Source: an uncultured Acidimicrobiales bacterium
GTDB lineage: Bacteria > Actinomycetota > Acidimicrobiia > Acidimicrobiales > SHLQ01
Assembly: GCA_938038785.1 (NCBI GenBank)
Contig: CALHTB010000009.1
Location: 51,513 to 115,512 of the forward strand
Length of the DNA stretch: 64,000 nt
Reading direction: 5' to 3'
Every line of letters begins with the position of its first letter. The first letter of the stretch is position 1. Made by a program: the position numbers and the translations under genes. Of this stretch, positions 51,984-61,762 are shown piece by piece. Under the pieces are notes generated by a model. The model did not search any database, was not told where the DNA came from, and saw only the letters and a program-made list of their open reading frames with translations.

Positions 51984-53482
51984 ACGCTCACCCGTTCGTC
52001 ACCAATGGGCTGCATGGAGTGGGGCGCCGCAGCCGGGAGACAGAAGGTGAAAATCGAGCCACCACCGTATCGGTCGGTGACAATGAGTTCGCCTCCGTGT
52101 TGTTCAACGAGGCGACGTGAGATGTGCAATCCGACGCCGCTACCGCTGCCGCCGCTCACACCGTGGTCAAAGATGGTCTCGCGCAGGTTCTCATCGATGC
52201 CTTGCCCACGGTCGGCGACACGAACCTCGATGTGGGCGCCCGTGGTGAAGACCCATACAACCACCTCAGATCCGCTATGTACGATGGCGTTTTCAATAAG
52301 GTTCTGCGTTACCTCTGCAGCAATGCTGGGTCGGCCACGAGCCCACACAGGACCGTCGTGCTTGAGTACGACTGGAGTTCCGCTTGCGCTATAGCACGAC
52401 ACCATCGGGCGCAGTGCCTCGACCATGTCAAAGGTGATGGGAAGGGGGCTCTCCTGGATCTCAAGCAAGGTTCGAAGGCGGTCGACCTCGCTCGACACCG
52501 CATCAACGATCGTGTTGTCGGTAGCCGATGCCAGTGCAGACAAGCCACCTTGTATGGCAAGAAGCGCATTTCGGGTGTCGTGCACGAATCGTTCTTGGTA
52601 GGACAGCTGCGCCACGAGCCTGTCGGCCGCCCGCTCAGACTCACCCTGGGCTAGCAGAGCTCGCTCGCGGTCGCGGAGCGCAAGATCGCGGAGCTCGATG
52701 ACGGTAAAGATCAACAGGGCGGCGATTACACAGAGACGCATCCACTTGCTACTAACGATTGCGAGCTGACCACCGTCGACAAACGTTTCGCGCCCGTCGG
52801 CTATGGCGACCACGACCAGCGCGAACGCAAGGACTGTCGAGCGGCGGTCGTTACGCCGCAATCCGCTGGCCCCAATCCAAAAGGCGGTGAGTACAAGCAG
52901 AATGGCCGCTGAGACACCGACTGCTTCCTCAAGTTCTGGACCATCAAGGTCGCTGGCCTCGATGATGCTCGACGAGACCACCGTGAGAAGAAGAGTGGCA
53001 ATGACGGTCAACACGACCGAACGACCAAGCCGGGCCTTTTCGGCGGGTCGGTCGAGACAAAGCGCCAGGCCTATTGCAGCGAGCGCTACACGGGAGGCGA
53101 TCCGCACAGCGACCACGAGTGTCGTTCCCTCTGCGCCGAAGACGAGGTCGACCGGAAGCACAATTCCGCCCAAAATGGCAAGCATGCACCCGGCGGCAAG
53201 GTTCGTGTGATCTGGTTCGGCGCGGTTGCGAGCACCCAGTGCTGCGAATCCCAGAAACGCAATGCCCAATGCCATCGAGTCGATAACGGTGGAGAGCCGG
53301 TTGGCCAGAGCATTTTCGAGAAGTGACTCGTCGGCGAAGTGTTCTAACCCAATACCGATACAGCCAATGAGAATTGCGAGCGAGACCAACCCCGTCGAGC
53401 GACTCGTCCACTCATAGGGAGCCCGCTGCCCCGTCGATTGTCCCGCTTTCGCAGGAGAAACTTGCCCACCAAGTACGACCAC
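51980..53482 (-). CDS. sensor histidine kinase with polytopic N-terminal membrane domain
   Basis: 500 aa. About 7 TM helices, H-box FVHDTRNAL, HATPase_c N/G boxes (QNLIENAIVHSG, DRGQGID, GSGSGVGLHISR). Confidence 0.85.
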   Translation of the reverse strand: MVVLGGQVSPAKAGQSTGQRAPYEWTSRSTGLVSLAILIGCIGIGLEHFADESLLENALANRLSTVIDSMALGIAFLGFAALGARNRAEPDHTNLAAGCMLAILGGIVLPVDLVFGAEGTTLVVAVRIASRVALAAIGLALCLDRPAEKARLGRSVVLTVIATLLLTVVSSSIIEASDLDGPELEEAVGVSAAILLVLTAFWIGASGLRRNDRRSTVLAFALVVVAIADGRETFVDGGQLAIVSSKWMRLCVIAALLIFTVIELRDLALRDRERALLAQGESERAADRLVAQLSYQERFVHDTRNALLAIQGGLSALASATDNTIVDAVSSEVDRLRTLLEIQESPLPITFDMVEALRPMVSCYSASGTPVVLKHDGPVWARGRPSIAAEVTQNLIENAIVHSGSEVVVWVFTTGAHIEVRVADRGQGIDENLRETIFDHGVSGGSGSGVGLHISRRLVEQHGGELIVTDRYGGGSIFTFCLPAAAPHSMQPIGDERVSV

Positions 53483-53626
53483 TGTCGTTCCCCTTTTTCG
53501 AGTTGACTCCCGTCAGTCAACTCAGCTCCTCACTCGCTCCTAGTGACCATTTCGGGTCTCTACAGCTCATTACGTGAAGGTGCTCCCCAATATTGGTACC
53601 ACCCACCACGGTGCGTTGCAAAGGCG

Positions 53627-53644
53627 TTCCCCTATCTAGGGGAA
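53627..53644. promoter_or_regulatory. 18-bp perfect palindrome upstream of flp (candidate regulator site)
   Basis: ttcccctatctaggggaa, 118 nt upstream of the flp ATG. Nearby, a direct repeat ggccaaccggcc x2 sits at 53703-53714 and 53722-53733. Confidence 0.4.
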
Positions 53645-53761
53645 AGAGGGTTCCACCGTTGGGGCGAAGATTTGTCGTGAGAAAGCCCTCACATTGGTGT
53701 CAGGCCAACCGGCCCATTAGCGGCCAACCGGCCAATCACACTTCACAACGGAGGAAAATCC

Positions 53762-53938
53762 ATGTTTGTCAAGCTACTCAGTGCGCTCCACGCACGCTCT
53801 AACGAGGACCGCGGCGCGGTTGCTGCCGAGTACGCAGTGCTCCTCGCGCTCATCGCAGTCGCACTTGTGGGCATTATCGGCGGCCTCACCGGCGGCATCG
53901 TCAACGCTTTCCAGGCTGCGATCGACGTCCTGCCGTAG
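53762..53938 (+). CDS. flp: Flp-family type IVb pilin precursor
   Basis: 58 aa, below the ORF-track cutoff and hand-translated: MFVKLLSALHARSNEDRGAVAAEYAVLLALIAVALVGIIGGLTGGIVNAFQAAIDVLP. It has the Flp processing motif G/AVAAEY followed by a hydrophobic helix. SD GGAGGA. Confidence 0.88.
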   Translation: MFVKLLSALHARSNEDRGAVAAEYAVLLALIAVALVGIIGGLTGGIVNAFQAAIDVLP

Positions 53939-53956
53939 GCAGGAACCAAGACAACT

Positions 53957-53987
53957 GTGGGTTGGGTCGTTTCGCGATCCAACCCAC
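53957..53987 (+). other. intercistronic hairpin after flp
   Basis: gtgggttgg-13 nt-ccaacccac, 19 nt after the flp stop, with no T-tract. It could act as an mRNA-stabilising or attenuating element. Confidence 0.5.
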
Positions 53988-54003
53988 ATACGTCAGGACC
54001 GTG

Positions 54004-54405
54004 ATGTCAGTTTTCTCCTTCCTTAAGCAGCGCAGCCACGATGATCGCGGCGCGATTGCAGCGGAGTTCGCGCTCATGCTGCCGTTGTTGCTTCTGTTGG
54101 TCTTCGGCATGTTGCAATTGGGCCTCACCTATCAGCGCCAGGAAGCAGTCCATGCCGCGGCACGCGAAGGAGCCCGCGTCGCGTCCCTTCCCACATCGAG
54201 CACCGCCGAGGCATGTGCGCGAACAACCGCCACGCTCGTCGGGACCGGATTCACCGCTACGCCGACGTGCCAAGTATCGGGCGACTGCTCGACCAGCACC
54301 GGGTCCGTCGTCGTGACGGTCACCGTGGCAAACACCATCGACATTCCATTCTTCGGAGTCTCGACATTTGATCTCACTGGCAGAGGAGACTTCCGATGCG
54401 AGTAG
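54004..54405 (+). CDS. tadE: TadE-like pseudopilin
   Basis: MSVFSFLKQRSHDDRGAIAAEFALMLPLLLLLVFG carries the TadE/Flp-like G/AIAAEF processing motif and hydrophobic helix. SD AGGA sits 5 nt upstream. Confidence 0.82.
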   Translation: MSVFSFLKQRSHDDRGAIAAEFALMLPLLLLLVFGMLQLGLTYQRQEAVHAAAREGARVASLPTSSTAEACARTTATLVGTGFTATPTCQVSGDCSTSTGSVVVTVTVANTIDIPFFGVSTFDLTGRGDFRCE

Positions 54406-55376
54406 TGAACCTTTCTCTCCCTGACCGTGGCGCAGCAGCAGCAGTCACCACCCTCATGCTCTCGGTGTTTCTCGGCGTCTCAGCGCTGGTCGTCGATGTC
54501 GGGCTCGTCTGGCAGGAACGACGCCAAACCATCACCGCTACCGACGCCGCCGCACTCGCAGCAGCTCAAAGCTATGTCGACCAAATTGACGGGTGCTCGA
54601 CTACCGCACCTACAAAAGTCGTTGCCAACAACCCGGCAGCGACTATGACTGCGTGCTCCCACGTTCCTCCTTCAGGCGGAACCCCCGGCCGAGTCACCGT
54701 CGAGGCAACGGCACCTGTCACCTACATCTTTGCGGGAGTCCTCGGACTAACAAGCACCGACGTCACCAGCTCGACGACAGCCAGCTACGACGTCGCAAGC
54801 TCCATCACGGGGGGCCTGCGGCCCTTCGGCCTCTGTCTCGAAGCCCTCGACGCGCTGACTCCCACGATGGTTCCAGGCAACGGAGTCACCTACCGAGTTT
54901 TTTACGGCAAGGACGCTCAACCCGACAGCTGCGGCGGGAATGACGTGCCGGGCAACTGGGGCATTCTTGATCTCGATGGCGGCGCGAACAGCCAGGACGA
55001 CACCAAGGACTGGACCCGCAACGGGTACGACGGCACCGTGTCGATCGGCGACATCATCGAGGGCGACACCGGCGCCTTCAGTAACGCGCTTCGAACCGAG
55101 CTCGACTACCTCATCACAATCGACGACTTCACGCTCCCAGTCTTTGACGTAGCCACCGGCAGCGGAGCAAATTCCGAGTTTCACATCGTCAACTTCGTGG
55201 CCGCCCGGCTGGTCAGTTACAAGGCGACCGGCCCGGAGGACGCTCGATACTTCGACATCCAGTTCCTTCGGGAGGTCACCCAAGGAGTTGGCGGTGGCCC
55301 AGGTGATGGGCTCGGAGCATACGTCATTGGTATCTGCGCAGTGGACGGCGTAAACGCCTCCACTACATGCACCTAA
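54396..55376 (+). CDS. TadG-like pilus assembly protein (putative minor pilin/tip component)
   Basis: 326 aa. N-terminal RGAAAAVTTLMLSVFLGVSALVVDVG (Tad_N-type helix). SD GAGGAG. Confidence 0.7.
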   Translation: MRVVNLSLPDRGAAAAVTTLMLSVFLGVSALVVDVGLVWQERRQTITATDAAALAAAQSYVDQIDGCSTTAPTKVVANNPAATMTACSHVPPSGGTPGRVTVEATAPVTYIFAGVLGLTSTDVTSSTTASYDVASSITGGLRPFGLCLEALDALTPTMVPGNGVTYRVFYGKDAQPDSCGGNDVPGNWGILDLDGGANSQDDTKDWTRNGYDGTVSIGDIIEGDTGAFSNALRTELDYLITIDDFTLPVFDVATGSGANSEFHIVNFVAARLVSYKATGPEDARYFDIQFLREVTQGVGGGPGDGLGAYVIGICAVDGVNASTTCT

Positions 55377-55410
55377 TTCATCTCACAATTCGCATAGAAG
55401 GTTGAAAATC

Positions 55411-56271
55411 ATGAAAAAGAGAATCATCGGATTCCTAGCAGCGCTAGTGCTCGCCTTGGTCGGTAGCACCTTGCTTGTGGCGTTCGTCAGTGGCGCTGAG
55501 GATCGAGCCCTCGCCGGCGAAACGGTCGTCGAGGTCTGGGTTGCTGAGAGCGAGATCGAACAAGGTACCTCCGGCGAGAACCTCGAAGATCTCGTCGTTC
55601 TTGAGCGAATCCCGACCAAAGTCCAGGTGGAAGGCGCAATCGCCGACTTGGCAAGCCTCGACGGACTGGTGGCCGCGATCGACGTACTCCCAGGCGAGCA
55701 GTTGACGATTGATCGGTTCATCGAGCCCCGGTCGGTCAGCAAGTACGCCCGAGTTGAACAAGCACCAGAGGGCTTTCTTGAGATGTCGATGTCGCTCTCA
55801 CCCGAGCGAGTTGTCGGCGGCTCGGTTAAGCCCGGAGACACCGTGGCTCTCGTCGCCTCATTCGACCCCTTTGACCAGTCGCAGGGCACTCTTCCAGACG
55901 GCCTTGAAATTGTCGTAACCAATGAGCAACTCGACACCCTGCTCGATCGCTACCTGGACTCGTCTAACTCGGACAAGACGCCAAGCGAGAGCCACATCCT
56001 CCAGCACAAAGTACTTGTCACGAATGTCCAGGAAGAAGAGCTTCCCCAGTCAACGTTCTCCGATGATGACACCGTCGAAACCGGAGCTGCGTTGGCCCCA
56101 ACTGGCAACCTGCTCGTAACCGTAGCGCTCGATGCGCCGTCAATTGAACGCCTGGTGTTTGCAATGGAGTTCGGCCGAATCTGGCTCGCCATCGATCCCG
56201 AGGGCGCACCAGAAGATGGCACACAGATCATCACCTGGAGCACAGCATACGAAGGTGGCAACCTCCGATGA
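55411..56271 (+). CDS. cpaB: Flp pilus assembly protein CpaB/RcpC (SAF domain)
   Basis: N-terminal TM anchor MKKRIIGFLAALVLALVGSTLLV, then a SAF-like region (VVEVWVAESEIEQGT). An alternative TTG start lies at 55402. Confidence 0.82.
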   Translation: MKKRIIGFLAALVLALVGSTLLVAFVSGAEDRALAGETVVEVWVAESEIEQGTSGENLEDLVVLERIPTKVQVEGAIADLASLDGLVAAIDVLPGEQLTIDRFIEPRSVSKYARVEQAPEGFLEMSMSLSPERVVGGSVKPGDTVALVASFDPFDQSQGTLPDGLEIVVTNEQLDTLLDRYLDSSNSDKTPSESHILQHKVLVTNVQEEELPQSTFSDDDTVETGAALAPTGNLLVTVALDAPSIERLVFAMEFGRIWLAIDPEGAPEDGTQIITWSTAYEGGNLR

Positions 56272-57458
56272 CCCTCATCAACCATGCGTCGTCTAGCGAG
56301 ATCTTTGCCCAGCGGCTTCGCGAGGCGGTGGAGCAGGCCGATGGCGCGACCCTGGTGTCTTCGCCTGAGGCGTTCGCATCGGGAGATATCAACACCATTG
56401 TTGCGACGCTGATGGTCGAGAAACCCTCTCTAGTGGTTGTGGGACCCGACTCTGACGTCGACACAGCGCTAATGGTCGCGGAACAGCTGGACTTGAACCA
56501 CCCGGAGACGGCCGTCGTTATCGTGGCCCCACCAACACCGACGGTTCTTGAGCGAGCCCTGCAGGCAGGAACCCGTGGAGTCATTTCGCCCGATGCAGAC
56601 CAGGTCGAGATCGAGCGCGTGATCAATCGTGCGCTCGCTGCGGTAACTCGGCGCCGCGAGGTCATCCACGAACCTTTCACCGAAACGAAGAACCGGATCA
56701 TTCCTGTCCTCGCAGCCAAGGGCGGCTCTGGCAAGACGACCGTCTCCTCGAATCTCGCGGTTTCGCTGGCTCACAAGTATCCCGGGGACGTGGTTCTCGT
56801 CGATCTTGATCTCCAGTTCGGCGATGTCGGCTCGGCGTTTGGCATCGAGCCCGCCAACACCATGGCCGACGTGCTCAACCATCCGGGCGAGATGACGACG
56901 GCTCGACTCAAGACGCTCCTCACGCCGAACCAGTCGACCGGGATTTACGTGCTCGCCGCGCCGAACACGCCGGCCGAGGCCGACGACATGTCGCCGAAGC
57001 TGGTCGCCGACACCCTCAAGACCCTGGCGTCAGAGTTTCCCTACGTGGTTGTCGATACGGCTGCGGGAATTGATGAGTTCACGCTCGAGGTCCTCGATAT
57101 TGCCACCGACTTGGTGTTGCTCGCGAGCATGGACGTGCCGTCGGTGCGTGCAGTTGCAAAGGAGATCGATGCACTGCAGATGTTGGGAATTCGTCACGCT
57201 GACTGGCACCTGGTCCTGAATCGAGCGTCGTCAAAGGTCGGTATCTCAATCGAGGACATCGAGGCCACGCTCGGACTGAGCATCGACGTCAGGATTCCTT
57301 CCTCGCGATCGGTGCCGCTATCGGTGAACCGCGGGGTACCGGTGTCTGCAGACGACCGACGCTCCCCTGTCGGACGAGCATTTGAAGAATTAGCTCGACG
57401 CACCGCACACACAGAGGCAGCGGAACAGAGCTGGCTACGAAGGAGACGCAGCGAATGA
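56268..57458 (+). CDS. tadZ: TadZ/CpaE-like ParA/MinD-family ATPase with N-terminal receiver-like domain
   Basis: 396 aa. Deviant Walker A VLAAKGGSGKTTVSSNLA and Walker B VVVDTAAG. Its position before tadA fits. Confidence 0.85.
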   Translation: MTLINHASSSEIFAQRLREAVEQADGATLVSSPEAFASGDINTIVATLMVEKPSLVVVGPDSDVDTALMVAEQLDLNHPETAVVIVAPPTPTVLERALQAGTRGVISPDADQVEIERVINRALAAVTRRREVIHEPFTETKNRIIPVLAAKGGSGKTTVSSNLAVSLAHKYPGDVVLVDLDLQFGDVGSAFGIEPANTMADVLNHPGEMTTARLKTLLTPNQSTGIYVLAAPNTPAEADDMSPKLVADTLKTLASEFPYVVVDTAAGIDEFTLEVLDIATDLVLLASMDVPSVRAVAKEIDALQMLGIRHADWHLVLNRASSKVGISIEDIEATLGLSIDVRIPSSRSVPLSVNRGVPVSADDRRSPVGRAFEELARRTAHTEAAEQSWLRRRRSE

Positions 57459-58843
57459 GACTTGGTGACCGAATCAAAGCAGCCGATGTGGCCCCGGTGG
57501 AATCGTCGGACTTCCTCATTGCTGAACCAGCACAACAGGTAGCTGAGGACCCATTCGAGGGGTTCAAGCAGCGAGCCCAAGAGCGCCTGTACGCCCGCCT
57601 TGGCGGCCGCATCACCGACCCGTCGATGACGGAGACCGAGCTGAGACAAATGCTTGTTCAAGAGCTCTCGCACGCAGTCGATGATGACGCCGCACCGCTC
57701 AGTACCGCTGAGCGAGCACAGCTTGTCGAAGAAATCTGTCGAGACGTCATTGGGTATGGGCCAATTCAACGGTTTCTCGACGACGCATCGATCACCGAGA
57801 TCATGGTCCTGTCCGACAAGTCAATCTACGTGGAACGCGATGGCCGACTCGAGCTGACAGACGCCCACTACATCACGCAGGAACAGCTTCGAAATGTCAT
57901 CGAGCGAATCGTCAGCGGCGTCGGCCGTCGAATCGATGAAAGCTCACCTACCGTCGACGCCCGTCTTCCAGACGGGTCTCGCGTCAACGCTGTCATTCCG
58001 CCGCTTGCGGTAGATGGCCCGCAACTGACCATTCGAAAGTTCGCGAAACGGCCGCTAATGGCGGCCGACCTCATCAGGCTGGGCTCATTTTCCGAAGAGA
58101 TGTCGGACTTCTTCACGAACTGTGTGGGCGGACGACTGAACATCCTGGTGACCGGTGGAACCGGCACGGGAAAGACCACGATGTTGAACGTTCTCAGCGC
58201 GGCGATACCCGACTCGGATCGAATTGTCACAATCGAGGATGCGGTCGAACTTCGAATGCACCAGCGTCACGTTGTTCGCCTCGAGGCGAGGCCACCGAAC
58301 ATCGAGGGCCGTGGCGAAGTGTCGATTCGTGACCTCGTCCGCAACAGTCTTCGCATGCGGCCTGATCGAATTGTCGTTGGCGAGGTGCGAGGTGCAGAAG
58401 CACTCGACATGTTGCAGGCAATGAATACCGGCCATGAGGGATCACTATCGACGCTGCACGCGAACTCGCCTCGCGATGCGCTTTCACGTCTCGAGACCAT
58501 GGTGATGATGGCGGGATTCGAATTGCCAGTGAAGGCGATTCGAGAACAAGTTGTGGGCGCCGTGGATCTCATCGTGCACCTGAGCCGGATGCGCGATGGC
58601 TCTCGTCGAGTTACACGCGTCGTAGAGGTCGAGGGCATCGAGGGCGACACGATCACACTCAGCGACCTGTTCGTATTCGATCATTCGCTTGGTCGGGATG
58701 AGGATGGAACCGTACTTGGATCGGTGGTGCCCACAGGCATCCGTCCGAAATTCGAGGCCCGCCTTTCTGACTATGGCTTTACCTTGGACGACGGGATCTT
58801 TGGTGACCCACACGCTGGCATGACACTGAAGCGCGCGAACTGA
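57455..58843 (+). CDS. tadA: CpaF/TadA type IV pilus secretion ATPase
   Basis: 462 aa. Walker [12 protein letters not shown], Asp box, Walker [10 protein letters not shown], His box LSTLHANS. Confidence 0.95.
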   Translation: MRLGDRIKAADVAPVESSDFLIAEPAQQVAEDPFEGFKQRAQERLYARLGGRITDPSMTETELRQMLVQELSHAVDDDAAPLSTAERAQLVEEICRDVIGYGPIQRFLDDASITEIMVLSDKSIYVERDGRLELTDAHYITQEQLRNVIERIVSGVGRRIDESSPTVDARLPDGSRVNAVIPPLAVDGPQLTIRKFAKRPLMAADLIRLGSFSEEMSDFFTNCVGGRLNILVTGGTGTGKTTMLNVLSAAIPDSDRIVTIEDAVELRMHQRHVVRLEARPPNIEGRGEVSIRDLVRNSLRMRPDRIVVGEVRGAEALDMLQAMNTGHEGSLSTLHANSPRDALSRLETMVMMAGFELPVKAIREQVVGAVDLIVHLSRMRDGSRRVTRVVEVEGIEGDTITLSDLFVFDHSLGRDEDGTVLGSVVPTGIRPKFEARLSDYGFTLDDGIFGDPHAGMTLKRAN

Positions 58844-60846
58844 TGGGCCCCAACGTTTACCACCGTCTTGTTGCCGGACTAGCTGGCCTCCTCGTCGCAG
58901 CGATGGTCGTCCTCGCTGCTCCCCCCGCTGGCGCTCAAGACGAAGTCGAACCGGGCACGGATGAAACACTCCAAGGCCGCGATGAAGAGCTCATAGTTGA
59001 CACTGTTCGCCGAGACAAGGAGACGGGAGAGGTTGAGGCCGAAGTTGTTGTACCCGTCAAACTCTCGCTCTCGGAGATCGAACCCGAATCGGTGACCGTC
59101 GTTGTTGGTAACGAACGGCCCGACGTGACCTTCGAGGCAATCTCAAGTGACAACCTTGAAGTCGTACTCGTCATCGACATCTCCGGAAGCATGAAGGGTG
59201 CACCGCTTGACGCAGCGAAGGCGGCAGCCTCCTCGTTCGTACAGCAACTTCCTCCGGGGGTGGGCATTGCCGTTGTCGCGTTCGATCAGAAGGCCACAAC
59301 CGTCGCTGAGCGCTCGGCCACTCGCGACGAGACACTACAAGCAATCAACTCCCTCGCCGTCGGCGGCGATACGGCACTATTCGACGCATTGGTCTTGGCC
59401 GAATCGCTCTTCAGCGAAGCCGAAGGTACAAAGCGTGTCCTCGTCGCACTGACGGACGGCGGCGACAGCGCGAGCACAGCCTCCCTCGAGCAAGCGCGTG
59501 ACGCTCTACTTGCTGGCAACGTCGAACCGTTCGCAGTTGCACTCGCGACGTCGGAGACCGCAACGGGCAACTTGGAGGATGTGGTAGCAGGTACTTCTGG
59601 CAGGGTTGAGCGCACCGACAGCGTTGATGCGCTGCTCCCCCTGTACAACGACCTTGCGAACCAGCTTGCCAACCGATTTGTCATTCGATTCACGCCCGAC
59701 GGCAACGCAGCGGGCAGCGCGCTTGTCTTGGTCAACACCGAAGTTCTTCTGGCGGGTACTGAGGTTCGGTTCCTACGAGCATCGGTGCCTCCGGCCATCG
59801 ACGGTGGCGCCGAACGACCCCCGCCTGATGCGGCTGCAATCGCTGCCGAGAACATCCGTCGCAATCCGCCCGTTCAGGTCTCGATCTCTGAGAGTTGGAG
59901 GATGTCGTCCACGGTGAAGACAGCGGGCATTGCTGCGCTTGCGGCCACCTTCTTCCTGGTCGGGCTCTTACTGAGCTTCCCGAGTGAGCGCGTAACGTTG
60001 CTCACTGAGCGGGGCCGCAACACCATTAGCGGTGGCGGCACGCAGGTTGGAAACCTCGCCGGCCAGCTCGAACACGCTGCCGAGCGCGTGCTTGGTCGAA
60101 ACGGGCGTGGACGGCGCCTGAGCCGGGCCCTCGAACGTGCTGGGTGGGCGCTGCGACCCGCTGAGTTCGTCGTGATCGCGTGTTCTTACGCAATTGTCCA
60201 AGCACTACTTACCGGACTGCGGTTCGGGGTCGTGTTGGGTGTGTTGTCGTTCATTTGGGCCTACTTCCTAGCTCGCATGTCCCTCTCGTATCGAGCATCC
60301 AAACGAAAGAAGCAGTTTGTCGAGCAACTCCCTGCGACGTTGCAACTGATGGCCGGCGGTCTGCGCGCCGGGTATGCGCTTCCCCAGGCGACCGAGCACA
60401 TCGCTAACGAGACAGACTCACCTACCTCTGACGAGTTCCATCGACTGACGACCGAACACCGCTTGGGCCGCGATTACGGCGATGCGCTGCACGCACTCGC
60501 CGACCGAATCGAATCAGATGACTTCACTTGGGTCGTCCATGCCATCGACATTCACCGCGAAGTTGGCGGCGACCTCGCCGAAGTGCTCGACAATGTGCAC
60601 GCCACCATGCTCGATCGCAACTTCGTACGTAGGCAGTTCGCTGCCGTTTCCGCTGAGGGGCGGTACTCGGGCTACCTCATCGTCTCACTCCCCTTCGTCG
60701 TGGCCGCGATCATGGCAATCACGAATCCGAACTACATCGGCCAATTGGTCGCAGACACCCGCGGATTCGTCGCTCTGGCTCTGGCCTTCGTGCTGATCAC
60801 TACTGGCAGCCTTTGGATGCGCTCTCTCATGAAAGTCAGGTTCTAG
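58843..60846 (+). CDS. tadB: fusion protein: secreted vWA (MIDAS) domain + TadB-type platform (T2SSF) domain
   Basis: 667 aa. Signal/TM at the N-terminus. vWA with MIDAS DISGSM...GDTAL...TDGGDS (about residues 100-290). Then TM helices and a T2SSF domain (LPATLQLMAGGLRAGYALPQA...). The ATG overlaps the tadA stop. Confidence 0.85.
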   Translation: MGPNVYHRLVAGLAGLLVAAMVVLAAPPAGAQDEVEPGTDETLQGRDEELIVDTVRRDKETGEVEAEVVVPVKLSLSEIEPESVTVVVGNERPDVTFEAISSDNLEVVLVIDISGSMKGAPLDAAKAAASSFVQQLPPGVGIAVVAFDQKATTVAERSATRDETLQAINSLAVGGDTALFDALVLAESLFSEAEGTKRVLVALTDGGDSASTASLEQARDALLAGNVEPFAVALATSETATGNLEDVVAGTSGRVERTDSVDALLPLYNDLANQLANRFVIRFTPDGNAAGSALVLVNTEVLLAGTEVRFLRASVPPAIDGGAERPPPDAAAIAAENIRRNPPVQVSISESWRMSSTVKTAGIAALAATFFLVGLLLSFPSERVTLLTERGRNTISGGGTQVGNLAGQLEHAAERVLGRNGRGRRLSRALERAGWALRPAEFVVIACSYAIVQALLTGLRFGVVLGVLSFIWAYFLARMSLSYRASKRKKQFVEQLPATLQLMAGGLRAGYALPQATEHIANETDSPTSDEFHRLTTEHRLGRDYGDALHALADRIESDDFTWVVHAIDIHREVGGDLAEVLDNVHATMLDRNFVRRQFAAVSAEGRYSGYLIVSLPFVVAAIMAITNPNYIGQLVADTRGFVALALAFVLITTGSLWMRSLMKVRF

Positions 60847-61761
60847 ATGTTCGACTTACCTGCAATTGCACTCTTTGGTGCCGTGTGTGCCGGGCTCTCG
60901 ATTCCCGTGTTGTGGTGGTCTTTCTCTGCCGAAGACTCTCGCAGCGGCGTCCGCGACAGGTTGCGAGTCAACAACGACTTGCGAGAAATTGTCCTTGCTC
61001 AGGCGGCGGGCGAACGTGTCGTGGCTCCCGGTATCGCCCGCTTGGCCGACGCAGCGCGAGCGGTCTCGCCCGTCGGGTTCGTCGATCGTCTCGCACGAAA
61101 GATCACCTTGGCCGGGGTCGGCCGAACCTGGCCTCTCGAACGAGTCCTTGTTTGGAAGCTCTTGCTTGGCACCGGTATCGGTCTGGTGATGTTCCTGCAA
61201 TGGGTATCCGATGTCACGAACGTGCGCGGACTCTTAATGGGAATCGTCTTGACGATCGGTGCGTTCATGACTCCCGACCTTCTGATTGGCATTCGTGGCC
61301 AGAAGCGTCAACAAGAGATTGCTCAATCGCTACCGGACATTCTTGATCAGGTGACGATCAGTGTTGAGGCCGGGCTGGGCTTCAACTCGGCCCTGAGCCA
61401 CGTCGCCGCCACCGTCGATTCGCCGCTGAGCGAGGAACTTGGCCACACGTTGCAAGACATGAAAGTCGGCATGACCCGTGCCACTGCGTTCGACAACCTC
61501 ACGTATCGAACCGACGTTCCCGAGCTGCGCCAGTTTGTCGTCGCCCTTCAACAGGCGGAGAAGCTCGGCGTGCCAATTGCTCAGGTACTGCGGTCGCAGT
61601 CGAAGGAGCTCCGGGTCATTCGTCGCCAGCGTGCCGAGGAGATGGCCCAAAAGCTGCCGGTCAAGATGATTCTTCCGCTCGTGCTGTTCATCTTGCCCGC
61701 CCTCATCATCGTCGTCCTCGCACCAGCTGTCTTCTCCGCCATCGATACGTTTGGAACCTGA
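60847..61761 (+). CDS. tadC: TadC-type platform protein (T2SSF family)
   Basis: 304 aa. T2SSF block LPDILDQVTISVEAGLGFNSAL, with terminal TM helices. Confidence 0.88.
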   Translation: MFDLPAIALFGAVCAGLSIPVLWWSFSAEDSRSGVRDRLRVNNDLREIVLAQAAGERVVAPGIARLADAARAVSPVGFVDRLARKITLAGVGRTWPLERVLVWKLLLGTGIGLVMFLQWVSDVTNVRGLLMGIVLTIGAFMTPDLLIGIRGQKRQQEIAQSLPDILDQVTISVEAGLGFNSALSHVAATVDSPLSEELGHTLQDMKVGMTRATAFDNLTYRTDVPELRQFVVALQQAEKLGVPIAQVLRSQSKELRVIRRQRAEEMAQKLPVKMILPLVLFILPALIIVVLAPAVFSAIDTFGT

Positions 61762-61762
61762 C

